A stretch of 64,000 nucleotides of DNA from contig LWCA01000060.1 in NCBI GenBank assembly GCA_001642005.1, positions 1 to 64,000 of the forward strand, read 5' to 3'. The position numbers and the translations under genes were made by a program. Below the pieces are notes generated by a model. That model saw only the letters and a list, made by a program, of their open reading frames with translations, was not told the DNA's origin and ran no database searches. This stretch comes from Intoshia linei. Its lineage: Eukaryota; Animalia; Orthonectida. Positions 31,601-51,580 of this stretch are shown one piece after another. The number at the start of each line of letters is the position of its first letter. Position 1 is the stretch's first letter.

Positions 31601-31647
31601 GCAGAAGACCCGATAGAACCGTTCATGGATCCATTAGATCGTTTCAT
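22645..31647 (-). CDS. JADE1: JADE-family (PHF17-like) PHD/EPL1 scaffold of HBO1 acetyltransferase complexes
   Basis: IGDVWKVEWQIKGVQVP, LGIEYDIDVVCSVC, two PHD fingers (30362-31312); after a 6.7-kb intron (23646-30365) frame-compatible exons give FSYWKLKR, FRRDLEK|ARNLCYMMKKREKL. Paralog-level symbol is nominal. Confidence 0.9.
24400..25015 (+). mobile_element. piggyBac transposase remnant (PGBD4-like)
   Basis: DIDAFIGILF, RCIRFDNIHTREKRRKFDKLAAIR, NETMIAFGSRCNFKMY across stops and frameshifts. Confidence 0.8.
25250..26548 (+). mobile_element. Gypsy/Ty3 LTR retrotransposon pol remnant (RT, RNase H, integrase)
   Basis: GLTINPEKC, VQRFLGVMNYHR, FKRYLLGKHYPVYTDHKPL, ADMLSR, HPGIYKT, GAVERLNRTL, TGYSPSQ in RT-RH-INT order, frameshifted and internally deleted. 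Confidence 0.9.
26740..27510 (+). mobile_element. pogo/Tigger 3' fragment with right TIR
   Basis: TVSNCFIK plus acidic tail; ends AATTCCGTTAGTATAGACTTAGACTG|TA, closely matching the TIR of MITE 1404-1855. Confidence 0.7.
28090..28625 (+). mobile_element. hAT transposase remnant
   Basis: ADNTKAKFGG, GCNAHILNNAIK (CxxH motif) and YSSTRW motifs; frameshifted. Confidence 0.75.
29104..29802 (+). mobile_element. Internally deleted hAT (Charlie/Buster-like) element
   Basis: Right end AAAGTTGAGAAACACTG with GGGTTCCGCG subterminal motif; residual C-terminus ALTAIKYKKR...ELRVCLSKTHPRIKNL...QVQISH*. Confidence 0.75.
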
Positions 31648-31852
31648 TTGAACAATATTTCAGAATGTAAAATTGTCAATTTATATATTTTTAAAATAAA
31701 AATAAATGCGCAATAAATGATTATTTTCATCTTACTTTATTTCATTTATAAAAATTATTACTATGCACACTGTTAACTGGTTACAATTTTATTGTAATTT
31801 TAATTTAACGTTTATATTAAAGTTTAAATTTTTAAAAACTTATTTTAAATTG

Positions 31853-34800
31853 ATGCAGGATATTCAACTCGAAAGTAATTTAAAATATCCACTCCACAAA
31901 GCGTCAATTGAAAATGATTATAACCGAGCTGTTAATCTTGTTAATGGTGGTGTAAATGTAGATGAAATTGATTTAAAAAACAAGACTCCTCTTTTTGAAG
32001 CAGTAATCCATTCTTCTTATGAGGCATGGCATTTAGTTTTTAATGTATATGCTTTTAATTTAGGTTGCTGAATTACTTTTAAAATCTGGCGCTAATGTTA
32101 ATTTTGTTGGTCCAAATAATGAAACCTCACTTATATACGTTGTTATTTCTGGCAATGCTAAGGTTTTTGGTCATATTTTGAATATGATTGATATTTAATT
32201 TTATGTTTAGATGCTTTCTTTACTCTTGAAGTATAATGCTTCCAAAACTGTCAAAAATAATACCAATCAAACTCCGTTAGAATTGGCCAAGAATGAAGAT
32301 ATTGTTAAACTTTTAACCGGAAATGATGGTAATTTCTATATTTTAATATTTCTTCTAAATGTAATAAATTGTATTGTACATTATAATAGTGATCAAGTAT
32401 AAAAAAATGATATTTCTAAAATATTAATGCATTTCAACGAATATTGAAGATAGTCTGACCATTTAAAGTTTTCTTTATATATACTATATACTATATATAA
32501 AGAAAACTTTAAATGGTCAAACTAACTTCACCGTTAGGAGTTGGCCGAAAATATTTTACAATAGTTATTATTTTAGTAATACTAATTTTAATTAATTAAT
32601 TTAACTAATTTTAAGCCCTAAGGATATTTTTTCTAAATACCCATGAGACACCTTAATGTACATTGTACAAATCTCATGTCATGTTTTATTTGTGTTAACA
32701 TAAAATTAGATGATTGCAATTTGATATCATATATTCCACACAATCCTGCAAACTCAAAAACAGAAAAATTAATGTATATATTAAAAAAAAAATCACCTCC
32801 AATCCTAACTCAGAATTCAATCATTAAAAAAGAACCGATAATCTTGCAACCTTCTCAATTAAAATATAAAAATGTTTCTGGACCTAAACCTAGACTATTA
32901 ATACAGTACAATCCAAAACACAAAACTGGCACAGACTCAAAACTCCGAATAATATCTTTAAATAAACATCAAACATCAAATTTATTGTCTAAACCAGATG
33001 TTAATAAATTTTCTACCTACAGGTTCATATCGATCAGTATTTTTTGTAATAATTTTTGCAGATCTGAATCGAATGTAAAAATGGAATCGGAATCAACTGC
33101 ATCTGCTGAATATTTAGAGCCGAGAAAGAGGCGACATGTCGGTACAGACAAAAAAACGACCAAAAAACTAAAAAAGACGAAAATTAAATTTGATATTCCA
33201 TTTGACAGACATCAACAAGTTATGGCACAAGTTGATGAAATTATTAAAAATTATTCGGGAAATATTAAATTGAAATTACCTCCCAGATACGAACAGTTTA
33301 GATCAAGTATTTTTTTGTCATCTTTTTTATACATGTTTACATTTTTAGTCAGCGATAATTATACAACAATTAATAATTTTTTGGATAGAACATCCGATGG
33401 CCATGTTAACTTTGAACCGGTAATTTAATCCTTAAATACAACAATAACCTTGGAATGGAAATAATTTTAATTAATTTCAGTATACAAATAACGCATTTTG
33501 GCATGCTATTTATATACAGCAATTAAAGTTAAAATGTATATTCAATAATATTATTTTTCACGCCCGTAGAAAGTTCTAGAGAAAAGAAAAGTAGTAAAGT
33601 AAGCTCTAGAAAATTAGATTTTTTATTTGCGGTTTGAAGTGGATTTTTTTCATAAGATTTCGTAAAATCGGATTTTTGAAAAGAATATCGGTGTAAGTCA
33701 ATTTTTCCATGATGGCTTGAAATGGTATTCTTGATTAAATTTTATTAGTGGTGGGATTTTTGAAATGGTAAATTTTAAATATAATATAATCATATTTTCA
33801 TAGTAATAACAAACATAAATCAAATACACGTATGTCTTCATTTTTTTCGCGAAATCGTAAAATTCCCGGGAATTTTGTCCTGCCACAATCACTAGTTGGA
33901 ATAAGATGTTTTTTTCATAAAATTTGGTAAAATCGTGTTTTTCAAAAAATTATTGGAAAATGGTATTTTATTCTTAAGGGTTGGTAAAATTGGATTTTTT
34001 ATTAAATGATAAGGAAGTATTTTCGAAATAATAATGTAGCTGTTTTCTAGGCTTTGGGATAATTAACACCTAAAAACTTTGTAATAAATATTAAAAATGC
34101 TCCTATAAAAATTTTTCTATATTTTATTTAAATCTCATGACCCAGGCATATAATTTTGGACCCCAATCTGGAACCACTGTTTTAATGTATAAAACATTCC
34201 GTTAACGAGGAATTAGCCAGTGCTATACATGGGATAAGTTGATATAATTTTTATAGAGGGTCTTGAGTTGACCACACAAAATTTTTAGATTTAAAAAATT
34301 GATTCAAGTCTGTTAAATTAAGCTGAATATTAATTTTCCTTTGAGTGGGCGTTACCACCTGAAAAATTGAAAACTACTGTTCTAGTTTAGTTCATTAAAA
34401 ATTAATAATTATAATACCATTTTAGAAAGTATCACCAACCAATTTACCGGAATCCATGCACTCGTTTTACGAAGAACAAGAGTTGAATAGATTTGAAATG
34501 CAAATTGAGCATTTTTTTGAAAACGAAGCATTTTGTAAATTTTCTGAGCAACAAATCATGCGTCTGTATATGAGTTATTCAAGAAGCCTAGAAAACATAA
34601 AACATCCTTTCAGTGCAATGTATTTAACAAAACTGAAAAAGTATACTCTTTCAGAGGGTGCTATTGACACATTAGCCACGGAATCCTCCATTTTTGCGGT
34701 TTTTAAGACTTTACGTAATAAATTAAACTTAGGAACACACATTACGTAGTTGTAAACTAACCGATAAAGTACTAAACGCTCATTTGAAAAAATTAAACCA

Positions 34801-35042
34801 AAAACTAGTAAAAAATCAGGTACCAATAATGTTATAGATATTTACAAACTTGTAGGAAAAGCTGATAAATAGACACAAACTTGAAGCTAATGCACTTTTG
34901 GAAAGTCAAATTATGGTAACATTTCAATTAATAAATAAATGTACTAATATTATAGGAGTGGAAATGGAAATTTGGAGACATGTGCATTAGCTGCGTACCG
35001 AAAATCAATGTTATAGACAATTTTATAATTTATCCAAAGTAG
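31853..35042 (+). CDS. ANKRD12: ANKRD11/ANKRD12-like ankyrin-repeat transcriptional coregulator, multi-exon
   Basis: N-terminal ankyrin repeats plus the family C-terminus FYEEQELNRFEMQIEH...EQQIMRL...PFSA and RHKLEANALLESQIM|EWKWK...VPKINV; stop at 35040-35042. ANKRD11 vs 12 not resolvable. Confidence 0.82.
32445..32530. repeat. Near-perfect 86-bp inverted repeat (hairpin) in an intron
   Basis: 39-bp arms with 2 mismatches and an 8-nt loop. Confidence 0.9.
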
Positions 35043-35143
35043 TGTAGATAATAAAATTTTAATTCTATATTTTATTCAAAAAAATTAAATAAGATATAAT
35101 ACAATCAGAATATAAAAGGTGTTTATCCTAAAATGATTTTGAA

Positions 35144-38100
35144 CTAGTTGATAATGTGATTCATATTTTGAAAACTTTTTTGTATTCTATCGCAATAAAT
35201 TCCTTCATCTTTTTGTGAAAATTCAAACGAGTTTTGTTTTTTGTAGACCAAAACATAGGCGTTTTCAATGGCTAGATTTTGGACACCGACATTAGAGTCG
35301 TTGTATATACGAAATGTTTTGTCAAATGGGTGTCTAACAAAGGAAGTATAATGGCCGACATTCATATTCCCTTCGTGGCATATGCATCCCAGGAGATCGT
35401 ATTTTTCAGAATTTGAATTTACAACGAGACAAGAAACATCCAACGATTCGTAAGGAAATGTTACTCTTTTGTTAATTTTTATTGCGCACCCATTTCTAAA
35501 GATGTATCTTTTTATGTGTATAATGAGAGTATCTGGAACACGCTCAATTAGCAATTGTTTCGATGCTTTAGATTTAGTTTTACAAGATGAACAATACCAC
35601 GGGTTGTCTTCATCCAGTATTTCAGGTTGTGCAAATTTTTCCATGCAGTCTTGTATTTCAACGTAATCGTTAGGACAAAAACTATTCATAGAAGAATCAT
35701 CGATCCAGTCTTTGGTTTGCTCAAATAAATCTTTAATTTTATCAATGTATCTGTTCTGCATTATGGACCTGCCGCAATATATCTGTCTGTAACCATAATC
35801 TGAATATTTAAACAAAACTGTAAAATTAAGTCCTGGTTTAATGACAATATTTTCGTCGACAATCACACACCCATGACATCGATCGGCCAATGAACATATG
35901 CCACAACTATGGCCATTAATACTATACAAAATTGAAACATTGTCATCAATTTCATCATCCAGGTCATTGACGACAAAAGAAATTAAAGCTTTCTTGAGAG
36001 AAACGAGTGAAACCACTTTAGGTACTTGAATTAAAAATGGGTTCGACAAGACGGTCCTGTCATAGTTGGGTTTTTTATGGGTAAGATTGTCGATAACATA
36101 AAAAATAGACACATTATAATTCATATTTTCGTTATCCGGTTTTACATTGCTGCAAAGTTCAAAATTAATCTCTTCAACGTTTTCTTTGCAACGATGACAG
36201 TTAAAGGAACTACCTAAAGAATTTAAAATTGTTGATTTCAAACAATCTAGACAAACTGTATATCCACATACCATGTGAACGTACATGTGGTAATCAAAAA
36301 AGCAATCATAACAAATTGCACACTCGATGGAATTTACAACCATGGTACGCCCCGAGGTGGATAAAGGAATGGAATCGCAGACTTCTACGAATTTTGGAAA
36401 CGACTCGGTAATAGGTTCACTCTTTTCAATAGCAGTTCTTTCATCTTCGGGTGCATCAATACAATTTTCACTGCTGTTCACCCAATCCATGACTTTATCT
36501 CGTTGATATTCCTCGTCATGTGGTAAAACGTTCTCTTCTAAAGATTCAACACTTGAACTTCTTTTTTTTTCGCACATATCTTCCATCAATGAGCGATTAG
36601 TCTCGTCGTTCATAAAGAAAGAAGTGTTGTAGGAATCAGTAGTCATATTCATTTTATAAGTACGATTTTTTAAATATCCTAGAGTCACGCCTTTTTCTTT
36701 ACCAACCAAGTTCTTCAACATTGTTGTCGGCATCTAAATATTTATTTTTATTGTAATAAATACTTTTTTTTAAATTACAATGGGTTTGATGGCTGAAGCA
36801 ATATCGATTTTATACAAAGAATAATTCTCCAAATTCAAATGTTCTCTAAGAAATGAATCCAAATGCATAGCTGATTCGTCGTTATTAAAAGTAAAACAAA
36901 ATTTGAAATATTTCGAAGTCAAATCATGGAAGACAGAAACAACTAATATAATGTACATTATTTTAGTCATATTTTAAATAGTAATAATAACACTGCACAA
37001 CATTCAAAAAAGTTTTGGGTTATAAGTAAAGCGGCTAAAAGTTAATTTTTGTTATGTTTATCGGCATGAAATTACAATGATTATGATATTAATTAGCTAA
37101 TTAAAATTTTATAAAGTTACAAAAACTACAATTTTATTTTAAAAGTTAATAGAGATGCTTACAAAATAATAAAAAACTGACGGATTTTTTTAAAAATATG
37201 GGAAGAAGTTTACCCTCGGAAATTTATTGTAGAAATAAAATTGATCAACTATATCTAGAAGAAAATAATTCAATCAAAAAATATTGCTTCTTTTAAACAA
37301 TATTTTTATATTTTCACTTAATACAAAACTTCTGCATGAAATTAAGAAACTATTAGGCTTGTATTTATAGCGTCAGTATTTTAAATAGTTTGTCAGTAAA
37401 AATATTAAATTGTCAGTTTATATAATATATTGTCAGTATTTTCGGTGTCAGTATAAATAATTTATTAACCGTACTTAAATTGGAAGAGCAGTAAAAAAAA
37501 TTATTTTGTCAGTACTTTAAATATACTGTCAGTATATCCTTGACAATACAGTATATACTGACAAATATGTAATTGAATTCTGACATTATAATAATTTTAT
37601 TACTGACAAATAAAATACTTCCCAAATTATACTAGAAAAAATTGAATGAATTCATCACTAGCATGAAATTTCTGAAATTAAAGAATAAGAATGTCATAGA
37701 GCTTTTCCATCACATTGGATCATCACACCATTTCGAATTTTTTCGATTTGACAAACCCAGAAATATAGTTTTTGACGGGTGTCTACTTAAATCCAACCAT
37801 TTTTACTTAAATCCAATCATTTTTACTAAAAATCAAAATTTACCAACACTAACAAAAATGGTTGGGTTTAAGAATATTCTCGTTTTTGACCCCTAAGGTG
37901 TCCAGGGACCTCTATCGGGAACCACTGCGTTAAATTGATCATTAATAAATCATCAAATTGTTTATAATCCACGAAAATTTGCTATCTTATACAAAAGAGA
38001 AAAAATAACTCCATCCTAAAATGTACCTCATTGAAGATAAAATATGAAAAACAAATGTATTCTGCTAAATATTTATTAAAACTTAAATAAAATTAAATTT

Positions 38101-39388
38101 ACTAGTCAAAAAGTTACATCTTTTTTTTTACATTAAGCACCTTCATTCGTTAATAAACTTGCTAAAATGTTATCCCAAAACTCTACAAAAAATTTGTTTT
38201 ATGGAATCCCTTTTTTTCGAGATTTGAAGGTTAAATCCTCATTTAAACGTTTTTTAATTCTTTATTTCAGTAACCATCTCTCAATTTTCTTTCTAATTTT
38301 CTGAATTAACTTTTTCACAAAATAATAAAAGTTAACCAAAGCTTTTTAAAGTTTTAAATGTTGTGCCGTATTAAAATGTATTGTAAAAGAAAAAATTTGT
38401 AAAATAAAAACCTATCTGAACTTCAAATGCGCGAGTAATGGTGAGAGGCAAATAAGCAAAAGGTTCCTTAGTTTCAGACACATGTCCACAGTTTTGGCAA
38501 GAAATCTATATAATTATAATTATATAAAAATAAGATACATACCCTGCTCAAATAGACACCATAGAAGATATCAGCTATACTTTCGTTAGATTCATACAGG
38601 TTTGTACGACAATATACAGATTCTTCGTTATCAGTAGACATGTCGGTAATATTCGAGTTATTTTGTTTGATCTTAGGTCTCTTGGAATGTTGACTAATAT
38701 CTTGACCAGTAAGTTCAATCCTAAGATTTTTTGTGGACTCAATTAAGTAGTCTAATAAAAGAACCAAAAACTCCTGTCCATCGTGCTGTCGAAAGTTTGC
38801 AAACTGTTTAAAAACGTAAACAAATTTTTTTCTAAAATCGGATGGTTTAAGAATATCAAATCGACGAGACCAGTATTGTAAAAATAATTTAAAAAATTCT
38901 TCTCTTATCCGATCACGCGTAATCTTGTAAATAGGAGACAAATTAACGGACGTGGAAGGTAAACTATCAGAAATTTGATCGATCGACATATCCCCATTGC
39001 ACTTTGAATCGTTGGGACTAGGTGGAGGTGATATAATGGACGTGGGTACTTTCTCGTTACTGGAAACATCCAAAAAATCGTTACGATGCATAAGTTCATC
39101 TACAGAAAGCGCATCATCACATTCAAAAGAAGTGGCATTACGTTTTCCTTTGTCACTTGAAATCATACATTCAATTTCTAGTAAAAAATTGTTCATTAAA
39201 CCCGGATGATTGAGTAAAATTTGTAGTGCAGAATTCATGAAACAGGTATTTCCAATATTATAAAACCCAACTATCCCAGCAGAGTACTTTACGGGTTCCT
39301 CCTTTTCCTCTTTAATAATATCAGCAAAGTTTACTTCATCTAGTTTTATTAACTACTAATTGAAACAAAAAATACCTTTTATTACCAT
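35144..39388 (-). CDS. Ubiquitin-specific protease (peptidase C19; USP4/15/19/32-like split catalytic domain) with RING-like insertion
   Basis: Cys box GFYNIGNTCFMNSALQ, QHDGQEF, CQNC, EILDEDNPWYCSSC, LIIHIKR, His box CHEGNMNVGHYTS, YNDSNV, AYVLVY. Confidence 0.92.
37352..37625. repeat. Array of TGTCAG(TA) motifs that flips orientation (probable MITE)
   Basis: About seven (T)GTCAGT copies in 37370-37535 followed by about three CTGACA copies in 37555-37610. Confidence 0.65.
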
Positions 39389-39584
39389 TTTATATTAATC
39401 AGTCTAAAAGTTTATTTTACGATGCGTTTTTATATTTCACCTTAACTAAAAACTTTATTGAAAGTAAAAAATGAAAAACGACATATGAAGCAATGAATTT
39501 ATTGAAATAGTCATTAGAATAACAAGTATCCATTGGAATTTGGTATAAACTAGTTGAGCTATTATTGGTGATATACTACAGCAG

Positions 39585-40427
<843 letters not shown>

Positions 40428-40768
40428 TTAATTTTTTCTGTGAGTGTATAATTAATTCTGTATAATTAAAAATGTAATTTTAAGCATCTATTGCACGAGA
40501 TCAATAAAATCAATTAATAATATAACCATGTGTTGTAAATACATGTACTATATGAAACTGATGACGCATTCATATTTGTAGTCTTGGTTGATCTAAATAC
40601 TTATAATTGTCTGTGAATTAATTCTCTTGACATTTATGTTGCCAAGAATTTGTTGCTATTACCTATGTAACCTATTTGCAAATTGCAACTTGGAATCCAT
40701 ATTATGGATTCAAATTGAATTCAAGTTGAATGTTTAATAGGTAAAATAATTGATACAAATTTAACAAT

Positions 40769-49050
<8,282 letters not shown>

Positions 49051-49184
49051 TGAACGTTTAAGTAAACCAATACATTTTTAAACACAACATTGTAATAGTA
49101 GTAATTAGAAAACAACTTTGCAATGTATTAGCTATAACGATATCGTATTTTTAGTGATTTGCAAATTGCAACTTGCAAGTATAT

Positions 49185-51497
49185 ATGGATACTGTGCACA
49201 AGATCTTTGATGAATGGGTTCAACTTAATGAGGAAAAGAAACGTGTCGAACGGAATATGTCAATTAACAAGAATGTTCTTGATTCGGTTTGAGTTTATAG
49301 TTTCATTTTAAATGTCTTTTGTAGAACAAAGTTGATATGAAGAGTCGTTTAGTTGACACGGAAGGCTTTCCAAGAAATGACATTGATATTCCGTCAATCA
49401 CTTCCGCCAAACATAAAATTAATTGTATATTTTGTCTATTTTGTCGATTTTGTTATATGCAATCAAGTACAATACATCATCTGGTACTGGAATGTTTCAA
49501 ATTTGTATCAACTTTAAAAATTCTTTTAGTGCACATTGAATATAATATATATTGGAAAATTTTTAAATTAATATCAATCAAACAATATTGTTTGATCTAA
49601 TAATTGTTTTGACTTTACGTTCATTTTAATCGATTAGAGATAAAATCTTGGTACAATTTGCGTTCAGTTATTATCTAAAGTTTAATTTTTTTTGACTTGT
49701 AAATTAAAACGTAAGCTGAATCAAATTAAAATATAATTTTTTAGAAATGTTTATACTATTCTTGTACCCAGTTACCCTTAATATTACTTGACATAATTTT
49801 AATGTTTGTATTGATTTATCAAATCATATATTGAATTGAAAATATTTAATACATGTTTGTTTTTGATTTGTATGAGTATATTTCTCTTGGCTTCTTCAAA
49901 TGTGTTATTAAATATTAAACATTAAAATTTTTAATAATTTTGAAATCAACCATTCCCTTGATGTCTACGTTATTTGTCACAAATTTAAAACTTTTTAGGC
50001 ATTTTTCAAATCTTGGCCATGATTTAATTTTTTTATTTACTATATATATCTGTAGATTATAACCAGTATCTAATCATTATAGTTTAATGCCAGAAATCGC
50101 CTTTATTGGGGACATTTATAAGGGTTTGAAGACAAAATTGTCTTGAAATTGATGTAAATTATAAATTTAGAAATAATTATATAATATTTAAAATTTTGAA
50201 AATAATTTTGGTATGATTTTTAAGGAAACCTTTTTTTACACAATTTTTAAAGATTTTGAACATAATTTTGGTAGGTTTTTAAGGGAACATTTTTTAAATA
50301 TTTTGAAGATAATTTTTTGACCAAAATTTTCATAATTTACATAAATAAAATTATTAAAAAAGCATATTCAGTTATATTTATATTTTGTACTGAGCACTGT
50401 TTAGTACTCACATCTTACGGGTCAAAAACCCAAATTGTTTTTTTTTGAAAAGTAAACAAGTTGGAGAATTTAAAAAAATATATACGCTGATACGGATTTT
50501 AAAATCATGAACATTATCATAATTTTAAATGCTGATGCGGATTTTAAAATCATAAACATTATCATAAATTTAAATTTAAAAAAATACACTGATGCGGATT
50601 TTAAAATCATAAACATTATCATAAATTTAAATTTAAAAAAATTATATTTTCAAAGCCAAAACACCAAATTACTTTTCTTTTTTTAATAAAAACAACCCTA
50701 GAATTTAATAAAATTTACAGGTGGTACAGTTGTATCCTATTAACACACAAAAAATTTCAATCTGAATAAGTGACGCCTTCACGGTCAAAAAAACATTTTA
50801 TTATTCATATATTTTTTTTTCGAAATATTTTATTAAAACAAAAAATGTGAAATAATTAACGGTCCGAAAATTAAAAAAAAAGATTATTCTGATAGAGTGT
50901 ATTCCAGTTAATATAAATTTAGGTTTAAATAATGACCACAAAAATGTTATGACAAAAATCGAAAATTTACTGCGAGATATTCACAATTTGGAAAATGAAC
51001 AAAGAGAGCAAGTTGGTAAGCTTATAGCAAATTATTCAAATGATATAAAAACGATAAAGAACCCACCATTTCTACTTGTAAAAAGCATTGATGTTAATGG
51101 ACCTGCATTCGAATATGTATGCTTTATAAATTTTTATACGTGTAAATTACACATACGTGTTAATTATACATATGGTGTAATGAATTTTCAATGTTTTAAA
51201 TAGGGACTTCGTAAAGACGACAAAATTACAGATTTTGGAAGTATCAACAAAAAAAATTATAGATGCCTCAATGACATTGCCCTTGTTGCGCGTCAAAATG
51301 AAAATGTAATTTTAAAACTTCATAAATATAACATATACGTAGAAAATTTTAAAAGTACATTACCAACGTCGCGAGCAATATCAAAAAGTTTCATTGACAC
51401 CTAAAAAATGGAATGGGAACGGACTTTTAGGGTAATAAACATCTTTATCAATGCATAATTTAAATTTAGATGTTTTGTGGTGGAAATAAAAGATTAA
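49185..51497 (+). CDS. PSMD9: 26S proteasome assembly chaperone PSMD9/Nas2/p27, multi-exon
   Basis: LVDTEGFPRNDID, INCLNNDHK, PDZ GPAFEYGLRKDDKITDFGSI, LTPKKWNGNGLLGC; stop at 51495-51497. Confidence 0.95.
50485..50640. repeat. Short tandem repeat, about 3 units of 45-57 bp
   Basis: CTGAT(A/G)CGGATTTTAAAATCAT(A/G)AACATTATCATAA repeated three times in a PSMD9 intron. Confidence 0.85.
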
Positions 51498-51580
51498 GAT
51501 CAAATATACATGTAAAAATAATTTTTGTATTTAAAGAACAAGAAATAATTTGAAATAAATGGTTAGAGGTTAATTCTAAG

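Noticed and set aside
34747-34749. In-frame TAG suggesting read-through or alternative genetic code
   Set aside because: Resolved by a 34-nt GT-AG intron (34699-34732) that shifts frame; the same holds for other apparent stops such as 62533. Standard code fits all genes.
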